A stretch of 27,919 nt of DNA from Candidatus Vampirococcus lugosii (GTDB lineage: Bacteria > Patescibacteriota > Gracilibacteria > Absconditabacterales > Absconditicoccaceae). The position numbers and the translations under genes are program-made. The notes under the pieces were generated by a model. It was not told the origin of the DNA. It saw nothing but the letters and a program-made list of their open reading frames with translations, and searched no databases. Numbering within the stretch: position 1 is the stretch's first letter; the number at the start of each line of letters is the position of its first letter. Positions 1 through 9,504 of the stretch are shown one piece after another. Location: positions 1 to 27,919 of the forward strand of contig NZ_JAEDAM010000002.1 of NCBI RefSeq assembly GCF_018420025.1, given 5' to 3'.

Positions 1-810
1 CCAGAAACTAATATTTCTTGATATTGATATGATTTTGTTTGAGTTTGAATTTTTTCTTTAATTGTTTGATTTTCTGGTGCTTTTATAAGTCTTTTGATTT
101 CCAAATGGGTTGCGAAGTGGATGTATAGTCCTCAAATTATAAATCCAGAAAATTTAAGTCAATTTGGTGAAAAAGAAATATTTGTTTATCAAGTAGTAGA
201 AAGACTTGCAAGTAGATGAAATATAAAAACTCCAGAAGTATGAATATATGCTTCAAATGAACCAAATGCTTTTGCAACATGACCTACTAAAAATAATAGT
301 TTAGTTGCGGTAAGTAGTTGATTAATTTATAATATGGATTTTGATGCTATAGAATGAGTTGTAGCTCATGAAATGGCTCATATACTTAATGGTGATATGG
401 TAACTATGACTTTATTACAATGAGTTATGAATACTTTTGTTGTTTTTCTTTCTAGAATTATATGAACATTTGTAGATAAGGCTGTGTTCAAGAATGAAGA
501 TGGACCTTGATTGTGATATTTTTTGGTATCTTTTGTATTGCAAATATTGTTATCCATATTGGCAAGTATAGTATTGGCTTGGTTTAGTAGATATAGAGAA
601 TTTAAAGCTGATGCTTGAAGTGCTGATTTAGTTGGTAAAGAAAAAATGATTGCTTGATTGCAACAATTACAAGTTTTAGTTCAAAATATTGAATTTGAAG
701 ATAATCAAGCAACAAATAGTATGAAAATAGTTTCTTGAGCTTCAATAATGAAATTATTTTCATCTCATCCTCCTTTGGAAAAAAGAATACAGGCATTACA
801 ATCAAAATAA
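1..810 (+). CDS. htpX: M48-family zinc metalloprotease HtpX (5' end outside window)
   Basis: Frame 1 is open from the window edge to TAA 808-810 with TGA=Gly. The translation contains VVAHEMAHILNGDMVTMTLLQG (HExxH zinc site), hydrophobic TM stretches, FSRYREFKADAGSADL and C-terminal SSHPPLEKRIQAL, which is the typical HtpX layout. Confidence 0.9.
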
Positions 811-889
811 AAGAAAAATAATATAAACTTTTATTAAATATTATTGTACTGACAATTTGATGTTGTTAGTACAAAAAATAAAAATATAC

Positions 890-917
890 TTGAAAATACT
901 TATAAAATTGTTATAAT
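890..917 (+). promoter_or_regulatory. Sigma70-like promoter candidate upstream of gatC-fusA
   Basis: TTGAAA (890-895), a 16-nt spacer ending in TGT, then TATAAT (912-917), about 40 nt upstream of the gatC ATG. Such matches arise easily in AT-rich DNA. Confidence 0.4.
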
Positions 918-957
918 GACAAAACTTTTAAAATTTAATACTTAAATGTTATTAATT

Positions 958-1248
958 ATGGGTTTAACTGTAAAAGATCTTGACCATATATCTAAATTAT
1001 GTTCTTTGAATATAAATGAATCTGAAAAAGATAAATTTATAAGTCAAATTGAAGATATTTTATGATTTGTTTCTAAATTACAAAATTTGGATATAGATTC
1101 TGTAGAATCTTTATCTCATCCTATAGAAAATAATTATATGGAAATGAATACTTGACTTGAAAAGTCTAATTTTTCTGATGGATTTATTAAAAATATTAAT
1201 CATAATATAAAAGATAACTGAATAGTTATTAAATCTGCGATTAAATAA
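958..1248 (+). CDS. gatC: Asp/Glu-tRNA(Asn/Gln) amidotransferase subunit C
   Basis: ATG 958, TAA 1246-1248, 96 aa. The sequence MGLTVKDLDHISKLCSLNINESEKDKFISQIEDILGFVSKLQNLDIDSVESLSHP has the size and pattern of GatC. Confidence 0.8.
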
Positions 1249-1295
1249 CATAAGTATTATAAAAATCTTTAATTTAATAAAAAATAATTTACATT

Positions 1296-3404
1296 ATGGC
1301 TACAGCAAAAAAAGTATCTTTGGATAAAATAAGAAATATTTGAATTATTGCTCATATTGATGCAGGGAAAACAACAGTTACAGAAAGAATTTTATTTTAT
1401 ACTGGGAAAAATCATAAAATTGGTGAAACTCATGATGGTGAATGAACAATGGATTGGATGGCTCAAGAACAAGAAAGATGAATAACAATAACATCTGCTG
1501 CAACTACTTGTTTTTGGAAAGATAGTCAAATAAATGTAATTGATACTCCTTGACATGTGGATTTTACTGTTGAAGTAGAAAGATCTTTGAGAGTTTTGGA
1601 TTGATGAGTTGCTGTTTTTGATTGAAGTGCATGAGTAGAACCACAATCTGAAACAGTATGGAGACAGTCCGATAAATATAAAGTTCCTAGAATTGCATTT
1701 GTTAATAAAATGGATAAAATGGGTGCTGATTTTTTTATGTCTTTGAAATCTATAGAAGAAAAACTTACAGATAAATGAGTTGCTGTTCAAATTCCTTGGG
1801 GTTCATCTCAAGATTTTCAAGGTGTTATAGATTTGATTACTATGAAAGCTTATACTTATGAAGGTAATCATGGTATGGAAATGGTAGAACATGCAATTCC
1901 TGATGAATATAAAGATCAAGCTGAAGAATATAGAGAAATTATGCTTGATAAAATTTCTATGTTTGATGATGAATTAGCAGATTTATACTTATGAGGTGAA
2001 GAAATTTCTGTAAATATGATAAAATTAACTATTAGAAAATGAGTTATTTCTAATGAATTATATCCTGTGATGTGTGGTTCTGCATTGAAAAATGCATGAG
2101 TGCAAGCTGTTTTGGATGGTGTTGTAGATTATCTTCCTTCTCCATCAGAAATAGGTTATGTAGAATGAAAAAATCCAGATAATTGAGAAGATGATAAAAG
2201 AAAATTATCAGAAGATGAAAATACTTCTGCTTTGGCATTCAAAATAGTTAATGATCCGTATGTAGGAACATTAACATATGTAAGAGTTTATTCTGGTGTT
2301 GTTAGATCAGGTGAATCATTGATGAATCCTATTACATGAAAAAAAGAAAGAGTAGGTAGACTGTTGCTTATGCATGCAAACAAAAGGGAAGAAGTTAATG
2401 AAGTGCCAGCAGGTAATATTTGTGCATTTTTGTGACTTAAAGATGTTAGAACTTGACATACACTTTGTGATATAAAAAATCCAATTATATTGGAAGAAAT
2501 GGAATTTCCAGAACCAGTGATTAGTATGAGTATAGAACCAGCATCAAAAAAAGATCAAGAAAAAATGTGATTAGGTTTATGAAAACTTGCATATGAAGAT
2601 CCTTCTTTCAAATTCTATACAGATGAAGAAAGTTGACAAACAATAATTGCAGGTATGGGTGAATTACATCTTGATATTATTGTAGATAGATTGAAAAGAG
2701 AATATAAAGTAGAAGCTAATGTATGAAAACCACAAGTAAGTTATAGAGAAGCTATACAAATTGAAGCTAAATGAGAAGGTAAATTTACTAAACAAACTTG
2801 AGGTAGAGGTCAATATTGACATGTATTATTAAGGGTTGAACTTCTTGAAGATGAAGAAAAAAATTATGAGTTTGTAAGTGAAATAGTATGAGGTACTATT
2901 CCAAAAGAATTTATACCTGCTATTGATAAATGAGCTCAAGAAACTATGAAAAAATGAATATTAGCATGATTTCCAATTATTAATGTTAAAGTAACTGTTT
3001 ATGATGGATCTTATCATGAAGTTGATAGTTCTGAAGTTGCTTTCAAAGTTGCAACTTTTAAAGCTCTGAAAGATGCATTTAGTAAAGCTGAAGCAGTTAT
3101 CTTGGAACCTGTTATGGATGTAGAAGTTACTACTCCTGATGAATATATGGGTGATGTAATGTGAGATTTGAGTTCTAGAAGAGGTAGATTAGAATGACAA
3201 GAACAAAGAGGGCAAGCAACTATCATTAATTGTAAAGTTCCTTTATCAGAAATGTTTTGATATGCTACTGATCTTAGATCTTTTACTCAAGGTAGAGCTA
3301 ATTATGTTATGAAATTTGCTAATTATGAAAAACTTCCTGATACAATGATGAAAGAGTTGATAGAAGAAAGAACATGAAAATTTAAATCGCTTGATGATAA
3401 TTAA
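1296..3404 (+). CDS. fusA: Translation elongation factor G
   Basis: ATG 1296, TAA 3402-3404, 702 aa and uninterrupted only if TGA=Gly. Motifs seen: [75 protein letters not shown], and C-terminal domains IV/V ([14 protein letters not shown]). Confidence 0.97.
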
Positions 3405-3421
3405 ATATTAGTATTTAAAAT

Positions 3422-3454
3422 AAAAAGAAGATTATTTATAATAATCTTTTTTTT
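3422..3454 (+). terminator. Rho-independent terminator of fusA
   Basis: Stem AAGATTATT / AATAATCTT (3428-3436 / 3440-3448) with loop TAT. It is extended by an A-run/T-run and followed by a T tract, 18 nt after the fusA stop. Confidence 0.6.
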
Positions 3455-3554
3455 ATTATATTAATAATATAAAGAGATATAATAAAGTTTTTATTTAAAT
3501 TAATAGAAAAATGTTAATAAATTAATTGTTACAAAATTTATTATGATTACAATC

Positions 3555-3777
3555 AAGATTTTAGATTAAAAGTTAAAGATTTATTACAAGAATATGCATT
3601 AGATACATTATTAACCGAATTAAAAAATAATAAGTAAAGTTTACTTTAAAATATATAATATACATATAAATAAACTAGAACAAATAAATAAGCTTCAAGA
3701 AAAAATATTTTAATTATTTAAAATAAAATTATAAAATTTGTGTATTACATAAAAAAATTTCTAAATCCTTCATTTAA
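3555..3777 (+). repeat. Non-coding direct repeat, copy 1 (partner at 27690-27919); candidate sRNA
   Basis: Hand alignment with 27690-27919 shows roughly 15 substitutions and a few indels over about 215 aligned nt. There is no start codon or conserved ORF. It is preceded by TTGTTA-16 nt-TACAAT (3526-3553) and runs into the hairpin at 3751-3799. Confidence 0.85.
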
Positions 3778-3799
3778 TCAAGGATTTAGAAATTTTTTT
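3751..3799. terminator. Strong bidirectional terminator hairpin
   Basis: Perfect 20-bp stem AAAAAAATTTCTAAATCCTT / AAGGATTTAGAAATTTTTTT with a 9-nt loop CATTTAATC. An A-run on the left and a T-run on the right let it terminate both strands. It lies between the plus-strand repeat unit and the stop of the minus-strand gene at 3849. Confidence 0.65.
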
Positions 3800-3848
3800 C
3801 TAAAAAGATGAGTTTAAAACAAAAAAAATATAATAGTTATTCTAATAA

Positions 3849-4223
3849 TTAATTGTTACAAGCCCAAAATAAATAATCATCATTACATTCTAATCAATGG
3901 TGGCAATCGTATCTAGGTGTAAGAATTGCAGACATAACTCTACCTCGAAATTGAAATACTACTTTACGTTGAAATGTATTTTTATGACAATGAGTTAGTG
4001 TACCCTTAGATTCCCAATTATTTGTGTCCACACCATTTTTTTGTAACATAACTGATGTTAAACCATTATCAATAGCAGAATTACATTTGTCTTGTGTATC
4101 AATTACTACACAATCAGATCATTGAATATCATTTCAATTTGTAACACTAACACCTAAAAATGTGGAAAATACACATACTGATACTGCAATTTTCAATATG
4201 CTAAATCATTTATTGTTATTCAT
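3849..4223 (-). CDS. Small secreted cysteine-rich protein (hypothetical)
   Basis: ATG at 4223 (minus), TAA at 3849-3851, 124 aa. N-terminal signal-like sequence MNNNKGFSILKIAVSVCVFSTFLGVSVTNG. The mature part has 6 Cys (DCVV, DKCNS, THCHK, YDCHH, LECND, WACNN). I recognise no family. Confidence 0.65.
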
Positions 4224-4479
4224 ATTTTTTTATTGTTTATTTATATAAATATATATTTTATCTATAGCCCAAAGACAAATAAAAGTTCAAAATTATTAGT
4301 CAGACTTAACTTTCCTGAATTTTTCAATAGATTTTTTTATAATATTTTTTTAATTCAATCTCTGATTTATTTCAAAAAAGTTCAATTATATTAATTTCAA
4401 TAATTTTAAACATACTGATTATATAATGATATAATTATAAATTACAAGTAATTTTCAATTAATTTTTATAAATTATTAA

Positions 4480-5480
4480 TTATTTTTTCAAAGTATTATA
4501 TATTTTGTATACTTTATCAGAAAATACTAAATCATAATTTCATAAATATTGTATGTAATCTCATCATAATGAATTTTTGAAATCTGAAACTCAAGCAAGA
4601 GAATGTGATTTGTTCCAAGCTGGAGCAACTCATAACAAATCTATTTTTTTAAATCATTTTTCTTTTGCCCATATAAATAATTGATATTTAAGATATTGAT
4701 GTTGTCATATGTTTCCTGCATCTCTATCAGATGCTCAATATACATAATACAAAATATCTCAACTATAAATACATATACTTCAAGCAACCAATTTTCAATC
4801 AAGTTTGACAGCAAATATATCACCTACTTTATTTTCTTTTAAATAATCATAAAGTTGAAAATATTCTTTCCTACCTGGAATACTTAATCATTTTCAAAAT
4901 AAAGTTTTGTACCATAAATCATAGAATTCATTTATATTATCTTTTGATAAAATAACAAATTCAAGTCATTTTGATTTTCATTTTTTGATTTGATTTTTTG
5001 TATTTTTACTAATATTTGACCAAATTTCATCTTCAGATTTTGAAATATTTACTATTACATTTGCAGGAGGCATATTCTCTCTTATAGAAGAAATAAGTCA
5101 TAATTCTTTGTTCAGTAAACTTTTTTTATTTTCATATATTTTTTTTATATTTTCAATATTTTCTTCTTTTTTAAGTTCTACACTAGCTATATCAAATATA
5201 GAATTATTAAATCCAAATTGAATATATATATCTCACCAAGATTTATAAAAATCTCTTTTTATAATATTTATATTTTTTTTAAATTCTTCTATATTTTCCA
5301 ATTCATAACTACAATCTATTCATAAAATTTGATACCAACTCAGTGAAAATCAAAATTTACTTTTTTCTTTTACTACACCAAAATAATCATTACCAAAAAT
5401 ATTTATTTCAAAAATAGGTTTTTTGTATATATATATTTATTTATATATTTCCAATGTTCATTTTGATAAAAATTTGACAT
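4480..5480 (-). pseudogene. FemAB-family peptidoglycan interpeptide-bridge aminoacyltransferase (FemX-like), frameshifted near the 5' end
   Basis: ATG 5480 gives MSNFYQNEHWKYINKYIY, then stops at TAA 5403-5405. The rest of the protein (KKPIFEINIFGNDYFGVVKEK ... YYVYGASDRDAGNIGQHQYLKYQLFIWAKEKGFKKIDLLGVAP ... GVSDFKNSLGG) is in another frame ending at TAA 4480-4482. Removing one TA unit from the TA tract 5426-5436 joins the two frames. Confidence 0.7.
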
Positions 5481-5500
5481 AATTTTATATATTTTAAATA

Positions 5501-7390
5501 TTAAATTTTTTCAATTTTTGGCATATTAAGTATTTCAAAAACTTTTTCAAAAAATATTTTTAATACTTTCAAAAAAATTAAATTAGATTTTTTTTGTTCA
5601 GTATCCATATTTATTATTTTGTCAGAATTTGAGTAAAAATTATTAAATTTTTTACAAATTCATAAAATATATTGTGCCAAAATATGAGCTTTATAAGATT
5701 TACAACAAGATTGTAAAATCATAATAAAATAAGAAATATTTAATAAAATTTTTCTCTGTTCTCAATTTAATAATGAAATATCAATATTTTCAATATATTC
5801 AATATTTATTTTATTTATCAAGGCATTAATTCTTGCAAAAGTATATTGTATATAAACTCAAGAATCTCAATTTAATCTTGTCATCTGTTCCAAATCAAAA
5901 TTAATATCTTTTTGTCTATCATTTTTTAAATCATTGAAGATAATAGCATTTACAGCTAATTTTTCTGCCAAATTTTGATTTATTCATTCAAATTCATTTA
6001 TTATTTTATTTTTAATATTATCCAAAAGTTCAGCTAATCTATAAACATTTCAACCACGAGAGGACATTTTAACTCAATTCCAAAGCATAAAACCAAAAGA
6101 TATATGTTTAAAATTTTCTTTATCAATTCACCAAAGTTTACTTCAAAGCAAAAAAACTAATTCAAAATGTAAGGATTATTCTGGTCATACTATATAGTAG
6201 ATCTCATCAGATCATAATATAAATTTTCTATATTTTAATAAAGCTAAATCTCTGCTAGCATAAGTTCAAGCTCAATCAGATTTTTTAATCATCAAAATTT
6301 CTATATCATTTTCATCAATATCTTGTCATTCATTATTTTGCAAAATTTGATAATATATTTTTTTGTTTTGTTTTAATTTTTGGAATTTAACTATAAAAGC
6401 ATTATTTTCAAATTTTAAATAATTTGATTTTTCAAGATCTTTTATTATTTCGTCTTGTATAGAATAAGAAAAAAATTCTCATAGATTAGTATCAGGTTTT
6501 ATATTTAATCTTTCAAAAATTTGTTCAAAATCAAGTAAAGAAAGTCTTCTAAATTCTTGTCGTATATCATAAATTAAAGGATCTCAATTTTCCAATAATG
6601 AAAAATACTTCCTAGCAAAATTATTTTTTTGTTCGTTATCAATTTTTTTGTATGAAGAATATAATTTTCATAAATTTTCAGTTGGATTAGAGTCCAATTT
6701 ATCAAAAATTTCTTTTCAATTATTTTGATATTCATAAATCAAGCTATATAATGTTTTACCAAAAGGAGTTCACCAGTCTCCAAGATAATTCCATCTAAAA
6801 ACTTTTGCTCACATAGTTTCAAAAATATTTGATAAACTTTCTCAAATAATAGCCGATCTCAAATGTCAAACTGTCATTTGTTTTGCCATATTACAAGATG
6901 GATAATCTATACATATTTTTTTATTTTCAAAAAAATTAATTTTGGGATAAAAATTATTATTTAATATTAAATCAATTTCTCATAAAATATAAGATTCTTT
7001 TACTTCAAGATTTATAAATATTCATTGTTGAATTATATTTTGAAACAAATTACTTTTTGATAAAATTTCATAAACAAAATCAGCAAAACTTTTTATATTA
7101 TCAAAATTATTTTTATTTAAATCAAATATTTTTTTGATAGAAAAAACAAAATCAAAATTATCAAGATTTGGAATTTCTATAACAAAATCATCATCAGTTT
7201 GTATATTTTGCTTTTTTAATAAATTTATAATTTCATTATTTAACTTATATATTTCAAAATTATTCTTGTCCAAAAAAGAATTGTTATAATTTTTAAATTT
7301 AATATTTTGTAAATCATTTTGAAAAAAATCAATTTCATTGTATTGATAAGAATAATTATCAAGCAATTTATCTATTAAGTTTTTTAACAT
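5501..7390 (-). CDS. argS: Arginine--tRNA ligase, interrupted by one in-frame TAA at 6176-6178
   Basis: ATG 7390, terminal TAA 5501-5503, 629 codons. Motifs seen: CIDYPSCNMAKQMTVGHLRSAIIGESL (HIGH region), NYLGDWGTPFG, SDGAGTYASRDLA, MSSRGGNV, and a C-terminal anticodon-binding-type helical region. The internal TAA sits in YYIVGPE*SLHFE. Confidence 0.85.
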
Positions 7391-7418
7391 TTTTAAAATT
7401 AATTTATTTAAATAAAAT

Positions 7419-8099
7419 TTAATTAGCAGTTCTTATACAACGAACATACAGAGGTTCTCTTTTGTTAAATTTTGCTATATTCATATATTCAAAATACATA
7501 GAATAAGCATTATTTACATCATCCTCCGTTTGAGTACTTGACCAATATCTAAAATTTGTAAATCAAGAAACAGATTCTTTATTTTTCCATAATCTATGTA
7601 ATTCTCTAGCAGATGGTAAATACCAGTCATTAAATCAATTTTCTTCTTTTTCCCAGCAATATTTTGCAGCATCAGATCATTGTTGCATCAAAAATTTAGT
7701 ATTTTCATATCAATAATCCATATCACTAACTCAACTCAAAGCTTCTAATCTATTAAGAAAAGAATATTTATCCGATGCATCTTGTTTTTCAGATATTAAT
7801 ATATTTTTTTCTCAATCAGGTCATAAATCATTTCATATATAAAAAACTATTCATCATCAACAAGAATCTCAAATTTTAACATCTTGATCACAGTATTTTC
7901 ATAAATTAGTATCTATAACTGGCTCATCCAAATCTCAATTATTTTTTTCATAATCATAAAATCAACTCATATTTTCAGCATCCAAAGATTTAAAAATTAC
8001 TATAATAATCAAAAATAAAAAAGAAAAAATTCATAAAGATGCAGAAAAAATTGGCCAAAAATATTTATTATTTATTTTATCTTTAATTTTCAAAAACAT
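7419..8099 (-). CDS. Membrane-anchored DUF1566 (Lcl C-terminal-like) domain protein
   Basis: ATG 8099 with an in-frame TAA immediately upstream, stop TAA 7419-7421, 226 aa. N-terminal TM FWPIFSASLGIFSFLFLIIIVIF. C-terminal pattern NDWYLPSARELHRLW...YWSSTQ...NNAYSMYF...PLYVRCIR is typical of DUF1566. Confidence 0.8.
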
Positions 8100-8160
8100 A
8101 AAAAAAAATTAATTACTAAATTTGATTTATAATATAATAATTTATTTAAATATTTCAATA

Positions 8161-8292
8161 TAATGTCTGATCTTGTGTAGCTAAATCGGAGAAAAAACTA
8201 AATTTTGTTGATTTTGTAGGCAGTTTATTTAATTTCTATTTCAGAAAAATTTTCAATTAAGTAATAATACTCAACTACCATGTATACATTAT
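8161..8292 (-). promoter_or_regulatory. Conserved non-coding leader/upstream element, copy A (partner 12780-12918 on + strand)
   Basis: The reverse complement aligns with 12780-12918. Shared exact blocks: ATAATGTAT, TAATTGAAAATTTTTC, GAAATAGAAAT, AATCAACAAAATT, ATTTAG. It lies about 60 nt upstream of, and on the same strand as, the DUF1566 gene. Confidence 0.55.
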
Positions 8293-8309
8293 GTTTTTTT
8301 AATTATTTA

Positions 8310-8876
8310 TTATGAAAATATAAAAAATATTATTAATAATACTAAAAAAACTAGTACAGACAAATAAATCAAATTTTTAATTTTTGTTGATTTCAATTCT
8401 TGTTGTATACTCTCTTTTTCAAAAGAAATTTCTTTATTTTTTTGATAAAGTTTATCTTTTTCTTGTGTATAATCAGGTAATGCAACAGAATTTTTTAATT
8501 TAGCTTCCAAAATTCAAATATTATGTTGCATATTAAAAATAATAGCATTTTTATTTTCTAATTGTTCATCTTTTTCTTTGATTAGATTTACAAGTGATGA
8601 TAATTGATTTTGAAAATCTTGAGATTGATTATCTTGATTAGTAATATTTTGTTCATCATCAACTTGTCAAGAAACAATAACTTGTGAAAATGAATCTTGT
8701 GTTTGCTCAAATGTAGATTGCAATTCTAATAATTCTTTTTCACAAAGCATTATTTTATTTCAAATTTTGTTATAAGATAATCTTCATTTTTTTACATATC
8801 TATCTATAGTTCTAGTGCTAACTCATATAAGTTTAGCAGCTTGATTTCTTCAAACATTATAATTCAAATCAGTCAT
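8310..8876 (-). CDS. Tail-anchored HTH (excisionase/MerR-like) coiled-coil protein
   Basis: ATG 8876, TAA 8310-8312, 188 aa. N-terminal HTH NQAAKLIGVSTRTIDRYVKKGRLSYNKIGNKIML, a long Q/E/K-rich predicted coiled coil, and a C-terminal TM LIYLSVLVFLVLLIIFFIF. The ORF track sees only the last 66 aa. Confidence 0.75.
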
Positions 8877-9096
8877 CTAAATCTTTATTGGAATCTAAAA
8901 TTCATTTAACTCAAAGTGTTAAAAATACTCATGTAAAAATAGCAATAATTATAAGATAAGTTGTAAAAATATTAAAATCTATACGATTTTGTAAAAAAGG
9001 TATTTTTTGAGAAAAATTATATGTAAAACCTTGAAAATAAATTATCAATAAAAGTATAAGACCAGCTATTCAAATCAATAAAAATAAATATTTCAT
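8857..9096 (-). CDS. Small 2-TM membrane protein (hypothetical)
   Basis: ATG 9096, TAA 8857-8859, 79 aa. Two hydrophobic helices (LFLLIGIAGLILLLIIYF and IFTTYLIIIAIFTGVFLTLGV). It overlaps the downstream HTH gene by 20 nt and starts 2 nt after the upstream gene's stop. Confidence 0.55.
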
Positions 9097-9098
9097 AA

Positions 9099-9473
9099 TT
9101 ATAATTTTTTAAGTAATAAATTTGCAAGAGCAACTATAATAGATAAAATTAGAACTTGAATAAATGTTCATAACTCAATTTGAATTCAAATATTGAGATA
9201 ATTGACAGTATATGCAAAAAAATAAAAAATTCAAACATTTATCAAAATTGACATAATACCTGACATAAGAAGCATAAGAGGAAAAATCAAAACCTTCACT
9301 AATCTTTTTACTACCTCGTCAAAAACCCAAAAAATTGTTCACAACAAAAAAACAATTTCTAAATTTAATGCAGAAATAGGATCTACTGAAAGTCATATTT
9401 CTGGAAAATATTTAATAATCACATACAAAACTGTTCAATTTATCAAAATACTTGATAATATTTTATTAATCAT
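9099..9473 (-). CDS. DUF360 / phage-holin-family-4 (YvlD-like) membrane protein
   Basis: ATG 9473, TAA 9099-9101, 124 aa. Four hydrophobic segments with the pattern ...EIVFLLGTIFWVFDEVVKRLVKVLIFPLMLLMSGIMSILINVGIFYFFAY..., characteristic of PF04020-type proteins. Confidence 0.65.
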
Positions 9474-9504
9474 AGTTAATTATTTATATTCAATAAATAT
9501 TTAT

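Noticed and set aside
1392-1790. ORF-track entries antisense to or out of frame with conserved genes (602-805, 1392-1790, 2050-2238, 3014-3226, 4641-4823, 15743-16047, 19738-20004, 22617-22820, 24307-24513, 25805-26038)
   Set aside because: Each lies inside a long table-25 reading frame with unmistakable family motifs (htpX, fusA, femAB-like, elp3, SLT lipoprotein, S41 peptidase, sulP, eno). Their low-complexity translations are typical of spurious frames in AT-rich DNA.
3521-3637. Open frame ...DFRLKVKDLLQEYALDTLLTELKNNK* shared by both copies of the 225-bp repeat
   Set aside because: There is no ATG/GTG/TTG start in copy 1, and a TAA sits immediately upstream of the homologous frame in copy 2. 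At best it is a gene remnant, so I did not call it as a CDS.
4224-4479. Possible third copy of the conserved leader element upstream of the Cys-rich protein gene (ATTGAAAAATTCAGGAAAG on the minus strand)
   Set aside because: Only about a dozen nucleotides resemble the ATTGAAAATTTTTC core. The flanking blocks (GAAATAGAAAT, AATCAACAAAATT) are absent, so the match is indistinguishable from chance.
9099-9473. Holin-family protein as evidence for a prophage lysis cassette
   Set aside because: DUF360/holin-4 proteins are common chromosomal membrane proteins (YvlD-like). No endolysin, terminase, capsid or integrase genes are adjacent.
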